DNA from: Gammaproteobacteria bacterium
Lineage (GTDB): Bacteria; Pseudomonadota; Gammaproteobacteria; Steroidobacterales; Steroidobacteraceae
Length of the DNA: 46,239 nucleotides
Assembly: GCA_041690875.1 (NCBI GenBank)
Contig: JBEPVS010000001.1
Coordinates: 1 to 46,239, forward strand
Direction of reading: 5' to 3'
Positions 23,986 through 34,125 of this stretch are shown piece by piece (position 1 is the stretch's first letter; each line of letters starts with the position of its first letter). Below the pieces are notes generated by a model that saw only the letters and a program-made list of their open reading frames with translations, had not been told where the DNA came from and did no database searches. The translations under genes were made by a program, and so were the position numbers.

Positions 23986-25251
23986 ATGAGTAATGGCAGG
24001 CGGGTCCGGACCGCGATGCTGGTGGCATCTCTTGTGCTGCTGCAAAGTTCCTGCGGTGGCGATGGGTCCACGGGTAGCAGTCCGCCGCCCACCACGCCGC
24101 CGACCAAACCAACCGGCACCATCACCTTGAGCGTCACACGCGTGTTCGCCTCGCTCCCAGCCTTCGAGATGCCGGTCGGCGCGTTGCAGGCGCCGGGCGA
24201 CTCGAGCCGGTGGTTCGTCGTCGAGCAGAGCGGACACATCAAGGGTTTCGAGAATCAGTCGGGCGCCAGCACCGTCGCCGACTTCCTCGATATCAGCGAT
24301 CATGTCACCTGTTGCGGCGAGCTGGGACTGCTCGGCGTCGCGTTTCACCCAGATTTCCCCAACGACCCGCGCGTGTACGTTTCGTATACGACGACGGTGG
24401 GCGGCCAGCTCGTCTCGCGGTTGTCCGAGTTTCGCACGGCCGACAGCGGCGTGACGCTCGATGCGGTGAGCGAGACAGTCCTGCTGCAGATCAACCAGCC
24501 GGAGACCAACCACAAAGGCGGCCACGTGGTCTTCGGCCCCGACGGCATGCTCTATCTCGGCTTCGGCGATGGTGGCGGCGGCGGTGACGCGCACGGCACG
24601 ATCGGCAATGGCCAGGATCTCACCACGCTGCTCGGCAAGATGCTGCGCATCGATGTCGGCGCGGTCGGGGATGCGTACGCGATACCTAACGGCAATCCGT
24701 ATTCCGCGAATGCCCACTGCGGCAGCGCTGCGGGGCCGGGCACCGGCACGGCGCCCTGCGCCGAGATTTACGCCTACGGGCTGCGAAATCCGTGGCAATA
24801 CAGCTTCGACAGTTCGGGCGGCGCGCTGTGGATCGGCGATGTGGGCCAGGGTGCGTGGGAGGAGATCGATCGCATCAGCGCGCCGGCGAACCTCGGCTGG
24901 CGTTGCCGCGAAGGCGCGCATGTGTACAACGCGAGCTGCGGCCCCGCGACCGATTTGGTAGATCCCGTGGCGGAGTATCCGCACAATCCGGAGATCGCTG
25001 TCACGGGCGGATTCGTCTATCGCGGCAGCGTGTATCCGGATCTCGTCGGTCAATACGTGTGCGCGGACTACGGCAGCGGCAAGCTGTTCCATTTCGACGC
25101 GGCGACCAGCGCGAGTTCCACGCTCGAGATGACGGGTGCGGGCAGCAGCGGCATCAATCCTTCCGCGTTTGCGCGGGGCACGGATGGCGAGCTGTACCTG
25201 CTCGACTACGGTTCGGGCGCGATGTATGCGCTGGTGGCGACTACGTCGTGA
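23986..25251 (+). CDS. PQQ-dependent sugar (glucose/sorbosone) dehydrogenase family lipoprotein
   Basis: Lipoprotein signal MSNGRRVRTAMLVASLVLLQSSC followed by a Pro/Thr linker. Beta-propeller motifs GLLGVAFHPDF, NHKGGHVVFGPDGMLYLGFGDGG, GKMLRIDV, YGLRNPW and GDVGQGAWEEID. Confidence 0.85.
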   Translation: MSNGRRVRTAMLVASLVLLQSSCGGDGSTGSSPPPTTPPTKPTGTITLSVTRVFASLPAFEMPVGALQAPGDSSRWFVVEQSGHIKGFENQSGASTVADFLDISDHVTCCGELGLLGVAFHPDFPNDPRVYVSYTTTVGGQLVSRLSEFRTADSGVTLDAVSETVLLQINQPETNHKGGHVVFGPDGMLYLGFGDGGGGGDAHGTIGNGQDLTTLLGKMLRIDVGAVGDAYAIPNGNPYSANAHCGSAAGPGTGTAPCAEIYAYGLRNPWQYSFDSSGGALWIGDVGQGAWEEIDRISAPANLGWRCREGAHVYNASCGPATDLVDPVAEYPHNPEIAVTGGFVYRGSVYPDLVGQYVCADYGSGKLFHFDAATSASSTLEMTGAGSSGINPSAFARGTDGELYLLDYGSGAMYALVATTS

Positions 25252-25255
25252 CGCG

Positions 25256-25672
25256 CTAGCGAACGGCTGGCTCGGGCACGGCGGCGCGTTTCTCGACGAA
25301 CTGCACCATCGGTTCGCTCCCGGTGCAGGCGACGTCGCCTTCAATCTGCGCGCCGAGCGCGATCGCAATGCGCTTGGCCGTGACACGACCGCGAAGCCGA
25401 GCGCTGGCGCCGATCTCGAGCTTGTCCGCAATGGTGATGTCACCGATCACCGTGCCGGCGATGACTGCGTTTTCCGCCTGCAGATCGCCTTGCCAACGGC
25501 CGCCGCTCGAAATCGCGACCTCGCCGCCGACGCGGCCGTTGCCTTGCACCGCGCCGTTCACGAGCAGCGCGCCGCGGGTGTCGATGTCGCCCGCAAGGCT
25601 CGTGTGCTGTGCGATCAGCGTCGGCGTGGAACCGAGGCGGTCGAGTAGCCGGCGGCGTGGCAAGTCGTTCAT
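25256..25672 (-). CDS. Bactofilin (polymer-forming cytoskeletal protein)
   Basis: 138 aa starting at ATG 25672. Repetitive beta-helix pattern (G.I...G.L.V.G.V.G...) typical of DUF583/bactofilin. The longer ORF-track frame to 26524 is an artefact. Confidence 0.85.
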   Translation of the reverse strand: MNDLPRRRLLDRLGSTPTLIAQHTSLAGDIDTRGALLVNGAVQGNGRVGGEVAISSGGRWQGDLQAENAVIAGTVIGDITIADKLEIGASARLRGRVTAKRIAIALGAQIEGDVACTGSEPMVQFVEKRAAVPEPAVR

Positions 25673-25708
25673 GCTGTTACAATATCCGACCTCGCCTTGG
25701 AGAAAAGA

Positions 25709-26461
25709 ATGCGCAAGTCTCAGATTGGAACGATCGTCATGCTGATGGCGGTCACGTTCGCGATGGCAGGCTGCAGCCGTGTCGGGGAAGACTGGAAAGC
25801 CGCCCAGACCGCCGACACCACCGAGGCCTACCAGGATTTCCTGCGCCAGCACCCGGACAGCGAATTCGGCGTTTCCGCGCAGGAGCGCGTCAAGCAACTT
25901 GCCGAGGACCGCGACTGGCAGGCCGCATCCAAGGCCGACACGCTCGATGCCTACCAGCAGTTCGTCGCCACTCACGCCGACGGCAAATGGGCGCAGGAAG
26001 CGCGCGTGCGCATCGAGAATTTTCAGCTCGCAGGCGGCGCAGGCAGCACGGGTAATCCGCCGCCCGCCGGCGGCGCCTCGCCCATGCCTGCGGTCGGAGC
26101 GCCCACGAACGTGGCGCCGCCCAGTGCGCCGGCGAGCGCCGCTGCAAAGTCCGCGGCCAGCGCACCGGCCGCGAAGCCTAAGCCGGCGGCGGCGACGCCG
26201 AGAGCCAGCACGGCTTCGAGCGGCGGCAGTCATTATGCCCAGCTCGGCGCATTCGCATCGAAGGCCAGCGCGGAAGCCGCCTGGCACAAGCTCAACGGTC
26301 GCAACACTTCGCTGAAAACGCTGCAACCTCATTATGTGACCGCCACTTCCAACGGCAAGACCGTAGTGCGCTTGCAGGTCGGGCTCTCCTCGTCGGAGCG
26401 CGCACGTGAATTGTGCGCGGCGTTGAAGAAGCAGTCGCAGGCCTGCATTCCGGTCAGCTGA
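25709..26461 (+). CDS. SPOR domain-containing lipoprotein
   Basis: ATG 25709 with GGAGA at 25699-25703 and an extended -10-like TGTTACAAT at 25675-25683. Lipobox FAMAGC. Two about 38-aa internal repeats (DWKAAQTADTTEAYQDFL... and DWQAASKADTLDAYQQFV...) precede an Ala/Pro linker. The C-terminal SPOR-like segment is HYAQLGAFASKASAEAAW...VVRLQVG. Confidence 0.8.
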   Translation: MRKSQIGTIVMLMAVTFAMAGCSRVGEDWKAAQTADTTEAYQDFLRQHPDSEFGVSAQERVKQLAEDRDWQAASKADTLDAYQQFVATHADGKWAQEARVRIENFQLAGGAGSTGNPPPAGGASPMPAVGAPTNVAPPSAPASAAAKSAASAPAAKPKPAAATPRASTASSGGSHYAQLGAFASKASAEAAWHKLNGRNTSLKTLQPHYVTATSNGKTVVRLQVGLSSSERARELCAALKKQSQACIPVS

Positions 26462-27819
26462 TGCGGCGTGGAACAGCCTGCCTTGCCATCGCGTTGCTGG
26501 GCATCGCGTTTTCCGGTATCGCAAGCTCGGCGGCGGTGCCGACTATGAGCTTCGCTGCCACCGGCGCCGCGATCCAGACGCGCACGCTCGACAACGGCCT
26601 GACCGTGATCGTGTGGCCTGATCACAATATTCCGAGTGTCGCGCTGTTCAACTGGGTGCATGTCGGCAGCCGCAACGAGGGTACGGGCACGACCGGCCTC
26701 GCACATTTCTTCGAGCACATGATGTTCAACGGCACGAGCAACCACGCGCGCGGGGAGTTCAACCGGCTGATTGAATCGAACGGCGGCAGCGAAAACGCTT
26801 TTACCTCGCAGGACGTGACCGTTTACCAGGACTGGTTCCCGCGCTCGACGCTCGAACTCGTGCTGCAGCTTGAAAGCGATCGCCTCGCGAACCTGGCGTT
26901 CTCGCCGCCAGTGGTCGAAAAGGAGCGCGAGGTGGTTTATTCCGAACGGCGCTTGCGCGTCGAGGACAGCAATCCGTCGTTCCTCAGCGAGCAGGTGCAG
27001 GCGACGGCGTTCATCGCGCATCCGTATCGCATCCCGACAATAGGCTGGCCGTCTGACATCAAGGCCTGGACGCTCGCCGACCTGCAGAATTTCTACCACA
27101 CCTGGTACGCGCCGAATAACTGCACGCTGGTGCTGGTCGGCGACGTCGAGCCCGCGCAGGTGTTCGCGCTGGTCGAGAAATACTACGGCGCCATTGCGCG
27201 CGGGCCGGCAACCAGTCCGGTGCGCACGGTCGAGCCCGAACAGACCGGCGAGCGACGCCTGGTCATCGAGCGCAACGGACAGAATCCGCTGCTGCAGATG
27301 GCGTGGCACGCGATTGCAGCCGACGATCCGCGCGCGCCAGCGCTGAACCTGTTGCAGACGATCCTCACTGGTGGCGATGCCTCGCGGCTGCATCGTTCCC
27401 TGGTCGAGGAACACAAGCTCGCCGTGGAAGTTGACAGCGGCTGGTCGGAAGGATTCGATCCGAACCTCTACTCGATTTACGCCACGCTACCCGAGGGCGG
27501 CTCGAGCAGCGAATTCGAACAGGCCCTGAACGCCGAGATTGCGCAGTTGCTCGACAAGGGCGTGACAAGCGCAGAATTGTCGCGAGCGAAACGACAGGTG
27601 GCCGCCGCGTTCTGGCGCGGCGTGTCGACGATCGACGGCAAAGCGCAACTGCTCGGCGAGTACGCGGTGATGCACGGCGATTATCGCAAGCTCTTTTCCG
27701 CGCCGGGTGCGTACGAACGCGTGAGCGCCGATGACGTGCTGGCGATTGCGCGCGAGGTCTTCAAGCCCGAGCACCGCACCGTCGGTGTGCTGCGGCCGCG
27801 CGCAGCCAGCGGACACTGA
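26461..27819 (+). CDS. M16 family zinc peptidase (active subunit)
   Basis: ATG 26461 shares 1 nt with the upstream stop (TGATG). Signal peptide present. The inverted zinc motif is HFFEHMMFNG (HxxEH). Confidence 0.85.
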   Translation: MRRGTACLAIALLGIAFSGIASSAAVPTMSFAATGAAIQTRTLDNGLTVIVWPDHNIPSVALFNWVHVGSRNEGTGTTGLAHFFEHMMFNGTSNHARGEFNRLIESNGGSENAFTSQDVTVYQDWFPRSTLELVLQLESDRLANLAFSPPVVEKEREVVYSERRLRVEDSNPSFLSEQVQATAFIAHPYRIPTIGWPSDIKAWTLADLQNFYHTWYAPNNCTLVLVGDVEPAQVFALVEKYYGAIARGPATSPVRTVEPEQTGERRLVIERNGQNPLLQMAWHAIAADDPRAPALNLLQTILTGGDASRLHRSLVEEHKLAVEVDSGWSEGFDPNLYSIYATLPEGGSSSEFEQALNAEIAQLLDKGVTSAELSRAKRQVAAAFWRGVSTIDGKAQLLGEYAVMHGDYRKLFSAPGAYERVSADDVLAIAREVFKPEHRTVGVLRPRAASGH

Positions 27820-27822
27820 CCG

Positions 27823-29265
27823 GTGAGGGGCATCATCATGGCTGGAGCGATGATCCTGGCTTGCGGCGCCGGAGCGGGCGCCCCCGCCGCTGCGGCAGCG
27901 ACCGCGACCGCGTCGAACCATGTCAACGTGCCGGTGCCGGCCAATGAACGCCTCACTCTGCCGAATGGCCTGCGGCTGATCCTGCTGCCACGCCATGACA
28001 TCCCGCTGGTCGCGTTCAACTTGCTGTTGCGTGGCGGCGCACTGCTCGACGCACCGGGCCACGACGGCACCGCCGCGCTGGCCGCCGACCTGCTGACGCA
28101 CGGCGCGGGTTCGCGCGATGCCTACGCGTTCGCTGACGCCGTCGAAGGCGCCGGTGGTAACCTCGATGCGGCCGCGCACAATGAGTTCATCCAGGTGCAG
28201 GGCCAGTTTCTCGCGCGCGACAGCCACCTGATGCTCGAGCTCCTGGGCGACGCGGTGCTGCGTCCGCGCTTCGACGCCGCGGAATTCGACAAGCTGCGCG
28301 AGCGCCGCATCGAGGAAATCAAGGCCGCCAAGGACTCCTCCCCGCAGGCGCTGCTCGGCAACTACGGCCGTGCGTTGTTGTTCGGTTCGCACCCTTACGG
28401 CAACGCGGTCAGCGGCAGCGAAGCTTCGCTGGCGAGCGTCACGCGTGATGACGTGACGCGCTTTTACGCCGCGCAATCCGGCGCCGATCGCGCCATCCTC
28501 GTCATCGCCGGCGATTTCGATCCGGCGCAGGTCCGCCGCGATGTCGCCGCGGTGTTCGGCGGATGGAAACGCGCGGCGCAACCGCTCGCACCGCTGGTGG
28601 CGCCGCCGCGCGTGCACGGCCGGCGCTTGCTGCTCGTGGATTCGCCGGGTTCTGCGCAGACCTACATCTGGATGGCGAACGTAGGCGTGCCGCGCCACTA
28701 TGATCTGCGGCCGGCGCTGAACATTGCGAACCTGGCGCTCGGCGGCAGTTTCGGCTCCCTGCTCAACCGCGAATTGCGCCAGAAGGCCGGACTCACCTAC
28801 GACGCCAGCTCGCGCTTCACCCGGGGGCTCGTCGCCGGCGAATTCTCGATCAGCACTTTCACGCAGACCGACAAGTCTTCAGAAGCCCTGCAGCTGGCAC
28901 TGACGACGCTCGCCGAGTTCAAGAAAGCGGGGCTCGATGCCAGCGCGACCGACTCGGCGCGCAACTACTTGCTGGGCCAGTATCCGCTGGCCTTCGAAAC
29001 GCCGTTCGATTGGGCGGTGGCGCTTGGTGACCTGGAGTTCTACGGTCTGCCGGAGAGCTACATCGGCCACTTCGGCTCCGATCTCGTGGCGACCGATGCC
29101 GCGTCGATACGCTCGGTCATCGATGCCGCGTTCCCGTCACCCGACGACCTCGACATCGTGCTGATCGGCGACGCGGCGAAGATTAGCGACTCGCTGGCCC
29201 AGTTCGGGCCGGTGACGACGATGCCGCTGTCGGCACCGGCCTTTTCGCCCGCCAACGGTCGATAA
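27823..29265 (+). CDS. M16 family peptidase-like protein (HxxEH motif absent)
   Basis: GTG 27823 gives MRGIIMAGAMILAC, a short lipoprotein-like signal. An alternative ATG 27838 follows GAGGGG. M16 fold motifs are present (NGLRLILLPRHDIPLV), but AALAADLLTHG replaces HxxEH. Confidence 0.8.
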   Translation: MRGIIMAGAMILACGAGAGAPAAAAATATASNHVNVPVPANERLTLPNGLRLILLPRHDIPLVAFNLLLRGGALLDAPGHDGTAALAADLLTHGAGSRDAYAFADAVEGAGGNLDAAAHNEFIQVQGQFLARDSHLMLELLGDAVLRPRFDAAEFDKLRERRIEEIKAAKDSSPQALLGNYGRALLFGSHPYGNAVSGSEASLASVTRDDVTRFYAAQSGADRAILVIAGDFDPAQVRRDVAAVFGGWKRAAQPLAPLVAPPRVHGRRLLLVDSPGSAQTYIWMANVGVPRHYDLRPALNIANLALGGSFGSLLNRELRQKAGLTYDASSRFTRGLVAGEFSISTFTQTDKSSEALQLALTTLAEFKKAGLDASATDSARNYLLGQYPLAFETPFDWAVALGDLEFYGLPESYIGHFGSDLVATDAASIRSVIDAAFPSPDDLDIVLIGDAAKISDSLAQFGPVTTMPLSAPAFSPANGR

Positions 29266-29298
29266 GCAGCGCGCGCGCCGACCGGCGAGCACTGCCGC

Positions 29299-29316
29299 GC
29301 GCATAGGTTGATGCGC
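29299..29316. promoter_or_regulatory. Repeat copy 1 / palindrome GCGCAT-AGGTTG-ATGCGC upstream of the gltB promoter
   Basis: Read directly. GCGCATAGGTTGATGC recurs at 29357-29373 with one inserted C. Confidence 0.4.
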
Positions 29317-29325
29317 ACGAATGCA

Positions 29326-29353
29326 TTGACCTGCCATTCATCGTCAGTAATAT
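29326..29353 (+). promoter_or_regulatory. Sigma70-like promoter TTGACC-N16-TAATAT for gltBD
   Basis: -35 at 29326-29331 (5/6 match) and -10 at 29348-29353 (5/6 match). It lies in the only AT-enriched stretch upstream of gltB. Confidence 0.45.
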
Positions 29354-29356
29354 TCG

Positions 29357-29373
29357 GCGCATAGGTTCGATGC
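29357..29373. promoter_or_regulatory. Repeat copy 2 GCGCATAGGTTCGATGC overlapping the predicted gltB transcription start
   Basis: Read directly. It begins 4 nt after the -10 hexamer. Confidence 0.4.
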
Positions 29374-29432
29374 CGCCGCTCGGGGCAACCCGGCCCGCTC
29401 GCCGCAAGTCTCTGAAAGTGTTTGAATAGTTT

Positions 29433-29458
29433 GCCGTTCCTGGATTGGACAGGACGGC
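29433..29458 (+). other. Stem-loop in the gltB 5' leader (GCCGTTCCTG / CAGGACGGC)
   Basis: 9-bp stem with one bulged T and a 7-nt loop GATTGGA. It ends 35 nt upstream of ATG 29493. Confidence 0.35.
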
Positions 29459-29492
29459 AAGGCCGTGCGCGGCCCTAGCGGCGAGGAACTTG

Positions 29493-32400
29493 ATGGCTGA
29501 CGAGAGCACGCGACTGGGGCCGCCAAAGAAGGCAGGCCTCTACGACCCGCAGTTCGAGCACGAGGCCTGCGGCATCGGCTTCGTCGTCGACATCAAGGGG
29601 CGCAAGTCGCATCGCATCGTGCAGCAGGCGATCGAGGTGCTCGTGAACCTTGATCATCGCGGCGCCTGTGGCTGCGAGAACAACACCGGCGATGGCGCCG
29701 GCGTTCTGCTGCAGATGCCGCACAAATTCCTGCTGGAAGCGGCGAAAAAGGCGCGCATCGCGCTGCCTGAGGCTGGCCAGTACGCCTGCGGCCTCGTATT
29801 CCTGCCGCGCAATCCGACCAGGCGGCGCAAGCTCGAGGAACTGTTCGGCCACATCGTGCAGTCGGTGGGCCTCACGCTCCTCGGATGGCGCACCGTGCCG
29901 ACCGACAATTCGATGCTCGGTGAAACCGCGCGCATGAGCGAGCCGTTCATGCGCCAGGTGTTCATCGGCCGCGGGCCGGAACTGACCGATGACATGGCTT
30001 TCGAGCGGCTGCTGTACCGGGCGCGCAAGCGCGCGTACAGCGAGATACGTGCCTCGACGATCGATGGCGCCGAGTACTGGTACGTTGCGAGCTTCTCGTT
30101 CAAGACGCTGGTCTACAAGGGTATGCTGATGACCGGGCAGCTCGCCCGGTATTTTCCGGACCTGCAGAACCCGCTGCTGGAATCGGCGCTCGCGATGGTG
30201 CACTCGCGCTTCAGCACCAACACTTTCCCGAGCTGGGACCGCGCGCATCCGTATCGCTACATCGCGCACAACGGCGAGATCAACACCGTGCGCGGCAACC
30301 TCAACTGGATCAAGGCGCGCGAGTCGCTGTTCGAGTCGGAGCTGTTCGGCGAGAACATGCGCGAGCTAATGCCGGTCGTGAATCCGAACGGCAGCGACTC
30401 GGCGATGTTCGACAACACGCTCGAGTTGCTGGTGCTCGCGGGCCGTTCGCTCCCTCACGCGATGATGATGATGATTCCGGAACCGTGGTCCGCGCACGAG
30501 ACGATGGATGAAGACCGGCGCGCGTTCTACCGGTACCACTCCTGCCTGATGGAGCCCTGGGATGGCCCCGCCGCGGTGGCGTTTACCGACGGCCGGCAGA
30601 TCGGCGCGATGCTCGATCGCAATGGATTGCGACCGTCGCGATACTACGTGACGCGCGATGACCTGGTGATCATGGCGTCCGAAGTCGGCGTGCTCGACAT
30701 TCCCCCGCAAGACATCGTGCGCAAGGGCCGCTTGCAGCCGGGGCGCATGTTCCTCGTCGACACCACCCAGGGTCGCATCATCGAAGACGAGGAAATCAAG
30801 CGTAGCGTCGCGCTCGAACGTCCCTACCGGCAATGGCTCGACGAGCACCTGGTCACGCTCGACTCGCTCCCGCCGGCGAGTGCTGCGCCTGCCGTCGATC
30901 ACGAGACGCTGCTGCAGCGGCAGATCGCGTTCGGCTACACGTTCGAGGACCAGCGACTGCTGATCGAACCGATGGGACGCAACGGCGTCGAGGCGATCGG
31001 TTCGATGGGCAACGACACGCCGCTGGCCGCGCTCTCGTCGCACCCGCGCTTGCTGTACGACTATTTCAAGCAACTGTTCGCGCAGGTGACGAACCCGCCG
31101 ATCGATTGCATCCGCGAGGAGTTGATCACCTCGAGTGAGATGCTGATCGGCGCCGAAGGCAACCTGTTGCAGCCGCGGCCGGCGGATTGCCGGCAGCTGG
31201 AGTTGCCCGGACCGTTGCTGACGAACGAGGATTTCTCGCGACTGCGCCGCATGGATCTGCCCGGACTGAAAGTCGGCGTGCTGCCGATCCTGTTCCGCGT
31301 GACGCGCGGCGAAGTGGGCCTCGTCAAGTCGATGGAAGAGTTGCGCATCATGGCGCGGCGCATGATCGAGGAAGAGGACGTCAGCGTGCTGATCCTCACC
31401 GACCGCGGCGTGAACCGCGAATTCGCCGCGGTGCCGGCGCTGATGGCCGTCGCGGGGCTCCATCATTACCTGATCCGCGAGCAGCTGCGCACGCGCGTCA
31501 GCCTTGTGCTCGAAACCGGCGAGGCGCGCGAAGTGCATCACTTCGCGCTGCTGGTGGGTTACGGTTGCAGCGCGATCAATCCGTACCTCGCCTTCGAGAC
31601 GATGGACGGCATGATCAGCGACGGATTGCTGACGACCGTCAATCACAAGCTGGCCTGCAAGAATTTCATCAAGGCCGCCACGAAGGGCATCGTCAAGGTC
31701 GCCTCGAAGATGGGCATCTCGGCGATCCAGAGCTATCACGGCGCGCAGGTGTTCGAAGCCGTCGGCGTACGCCAGGACGTCATCGACGACTACTTCACCG
31801 GCACCGCTTCGCGTGTCGGCGGCATCGGCGTCGATGTGATCGCGAAGGAAGTGCTGATGCGCCACCGCGCGGCGTTCGTCGACCGCACCGATGCCAGCCG
31901 GCCGCTCAACACCGGCGGTCAGTACCAGTGGCGCGCCGGCGGCGAGTATCACCTGTTCAATCCAGAGTCGATCCACCGATTGCAGAAATCGGTGCGCACC
32001 GGAAGCTATGCCACGTACAAATCGTACGCGGCGCTGGTCAACGACCAGTCGAAACAGCTGTGCACGCTGCGCGGGCTGCTCGATTTCAAGGCGGGCGATG
32101 CGGTGCCGCTCGATGAAGTCGAGTCCGTCGAGAGCCTGGTGCGGCGCTTCAAGACCGGTGCGATGTCCTACGGATCAATCAGCAAGGAAGCGCACGAGAC
32201 ACTCGCGATCGCAATGAACCGCATCGGCGGCAAGAGCAACACCGGCGAGGGCGGCGAGGATCCCGCGCGGCACGTGCCGCTTGCCAATGGCGATTCGATG
32301 AACTCGGCCATCAAGCAGGTGGCGTCCGGTCGGTTCGGCGTCACCAGCGAATACCTGGTGAGCGCCCGCGAATTGCAGATCAAGATGGCGCAGGGCGCAA

Positions 32401-34103
32401 AGCCGGGCGAGGGCGGGCAACTCCCCGGCACAAAAGTGTATCCGTGGATCGCCAAGACACGGCACACGACCGCGGGCGTCGGATTGATCTCGCCGCCGCC
32501 GCACCACGATATCTATTCGATCGAGGACCTGGCGCAGCTGATCCACGACCTGAAGAACGCAAACCGCGCAGCGCGCATCAGCGTGAAGCTCGTTGCCGAG
32601 GTCGGAGTGGGTACGGTGGCCGCGGGCGTGTCGAAGGCGCACGCCGATGTCGTGCTGATCAGCGGTTACGATGGCGGCACCGGCGCCGCGCCACAGACTT
32701 CGATCACGCACGCGGGACTTCCGTGGGAGCTCGGCCTTGCCGAGGCGCACCAGACACTGGTGCTCAACAATCTGCGCGACCGGATCGTCGTCGAAACCGA
32801 CGGGCAGTTGAAAACCGGGCGCGATGTCGCGATCGCGGCACTATTGGGCGCCGAGGAATTCGGCTTCGCGACTGCGCCGCTGGTGTCGCTCGGCTGCATC
32901 CTGATGCGTGTGTGCCACCTGAATACCTGTCCGGTCGGCGTCGCGACGCAGGATCCGAAGCTGCGCGAGCAGTTCGCCGGCAGGCCCGAGCACGTCGTCA
33001 ATTTCATGCGCTTCATTGCGCAGGACCTGCGCGAGGTGATGGCGCAGCTCGGCTTTCGCAACATCAACGAGATGGTTGGGCGCGTCGATCGGCTCGAGCC
33101 GCGCAAGGCGATCGATCACTGGAAAGCGCGCGGCTTCGATTTCAGCAATATCCTCTACCAGCCCGATGTCGGCGACGAGGTTGGCCGCCATCATCGTGTC
33201 GCCCAGGACCACGGCCTCGAGCAGTCGCTTGACCTTACGACGATACTCGAGCTGTGCCGCCCGGCGATCGAACGCGGCGAGAGCGTTTCCGCCGAGCTGC
33301 CGATCCGCAACGTCAATCGCGTCGTTGGCACGATCACCGGCAGCGAGATCACGCGCAGGCATGGCGCGAAGGGACTGCCCGCGGACACGATCCAGCTCAA
33401 ATTCAACGGTTCGGCCGGCCAGAGTTTCGGCGCCTTCATTCCGCACGGCATGAGCCTGACGCTTGAGGGCGATGCCAACGACTACGTTGGCAAGGGGCTG
33501 TCGGGCGGCAAGCTGATCATCTTTCCGCCGCAAGGCGCGGGCTTCACGGCCGAGCACAACATCATCGTCGGCAATGTCGCGCTTTACGGCGCAACCGGTG
33601 GCGAGGCGTACATCCGCGGCATGGCCGGCGAGCGCTTCGCGGTGCGCAACAGTGGCGTCGACGCGGTCGTCGAAGGCGTCGGCGATCACGGCTGCGAATA
33701 CATGACCGGCGGACGCGTCGTCGTGCTCGGCCACATCGGCCGAAATTTCGGCGCGGGCATGTCGGGCGGTGTCGCCTATGTGTATGACGACCACGGTGAT
33801 TTCGCCTCGCGCGTCAACACACAGATGGTTGAGGTTGAGCGGCTCGACGATGCGGGCGAGATCGCCGCCGTGCGCGGGCTCGTCGAGAGGCATCGCGCGT
33901 TGACCGGGAGTACGCGAGCCGATGCGCTGCTCCAGAAATGGGATCGCACCGTGACGAAATTCACGAAGGTCATGCCGAAGGATTACAAGCGCGTGCTCGC
34001 CTGCATCCGCCGCGCGCACGACCAGGGACTGTCCGGCGATGAGGCGATCATGGTGGCGTTCGAGGAGAACGCGCGCGATCTTGCGCGCGTGGGCGGCAAC
34101 TAG
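29493..34103 (+). CDS. gltB: Glutamate synthase (NADPH) large subunit
   Basis: About 1536 aa. The N-terminal amidotransferase begins CGIGFVVD, followed by the FMN/3Fe-4S central domain and the C-terminal GXGXG beta-helix. ATG 29493 is preferred over TTG 29445. Confidence 0.95.
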   Translation: MADESTRLGPPKKAGLYDPQFEHEACGIGFVVDIKGRKSHRIVQQAIEVLVNLDHRGACGCENNTGDGAGVLLQMPHKFLLEAAKKARIALPEAGQYACGLVFLPRNPTRRRKLEELFGHIVQSVGLTLLGWRTVPTDNSMLGETARMSEPFMRQVFIGRGPELTDDMAFERLLYRARKRAYSEIRASTIDGAEYWYVASFSFKTLVYKGMLMTGQLARYFPDLQNPLLESALAMVHSRFSTNTFPSWDRAHPYRYIAHNGEINTVRGNLNWIKARESLFESELFGENMRELMPVVNPNGSDSAMFDNTLELLVLAGRSLPHAMMMMIPEPWSAHETMDEDRRAFYRYHSCLMEPWDGPAAVAFTDGRQIGAMLDRNGLRPSRYYVTRDDLVIMASEVGVLDIPPQDIVRKGRLQPGRMFLVDTTQGRIIEDEEIKRSVALERPYRQWLDEHLVTLDSLPPASAAPAVDHETLLQRQIAFGYTFEDQRLLIEPMGRNGVEAIGSMGNDTPLAALSSHPRLLYDYFKQLFAQVTNPPIDCIREELITSSEMLIGAEGNLLQPRPADCRQLELPGPLLTNEDFSRLRRMDLPGLKVGVLPILFRVTRGEVGLVKSMEELRIMARRMIEEEDVSVLILTDRGVNREFAAVPALMAVAGLHHYLIREQLRTRVSLVLETGEAREVHHFALLVGYGCSAINPYLAFETMDGMISDGLLTTVNHKLACKNFIKAATKGIVKVASKMGISAIQSYHGAQVFEAVGVRQDVIDDYFTGTASRVGGIGVDVIAKEVLMRHRAAFVDRTDASRPLNTGGQYQWRAGGEYHLFNPESIHRLQKSVRTGSYATYKSYAALVNDQSKQLCTLRGLLDFKAGDAVPLDEVESVESLVRRFKTGAMSYGSISKEAHETLAIAMNRIGGKSNTGEGGEDPARHVPLANGDSMNSAIKQVASGRFGVTSEYLVSARELQIKMAQGAKPGEGGQLPGTKVYPWIAKTRHTTAGVGLISPPPHHDIYSIEDLAQLIHDLKNANRAARISVKLVAEVGVGTVAAGVSKAHADVVLISGYDGGTGAAPQTSITHAGLPWELGLAEAHQTLVLNNLRDRIVVETDGQLKTGRDVAIAALLGAEEFGFATAPLVSLGCILMRVCHLNTCPVGVATQDPKLREQFAGRPEHVVNFMRFIAQDLREVMAQLGFRNINEMVGRVDRLEPRKAIDHWKARGFDFSNILYQPDVGDEVGRHHRVAQDHGLEQSLDLTTILELCRPAIERGESVSAELPIRNVNRVVGTITGSEITRRHGAKGLPADTIQLKFNGSAGQSFGAFIPHGMSLTLEGDANDYVGKGLSGGKLIIFPPQGAGFTAEHNIIVGNVALYGATGGEAYIRGMAGERFAVRNSGVDAVVEGVGDHGCEYMTGGRVVVLGHIGRNFGAGMSGGVAYVYDDHGDFASRVNTQMVEVERLDDAGEIAAVRGLVERHRALTGSTRADALLQKWDRTVTKFTKVMPKDYKRVLACIRRAHDQGLSGDEAIMVAFEENARDLARVGGN

Positions 34104-34125
34104 CATGACGCGCGGTGCACCGTAG

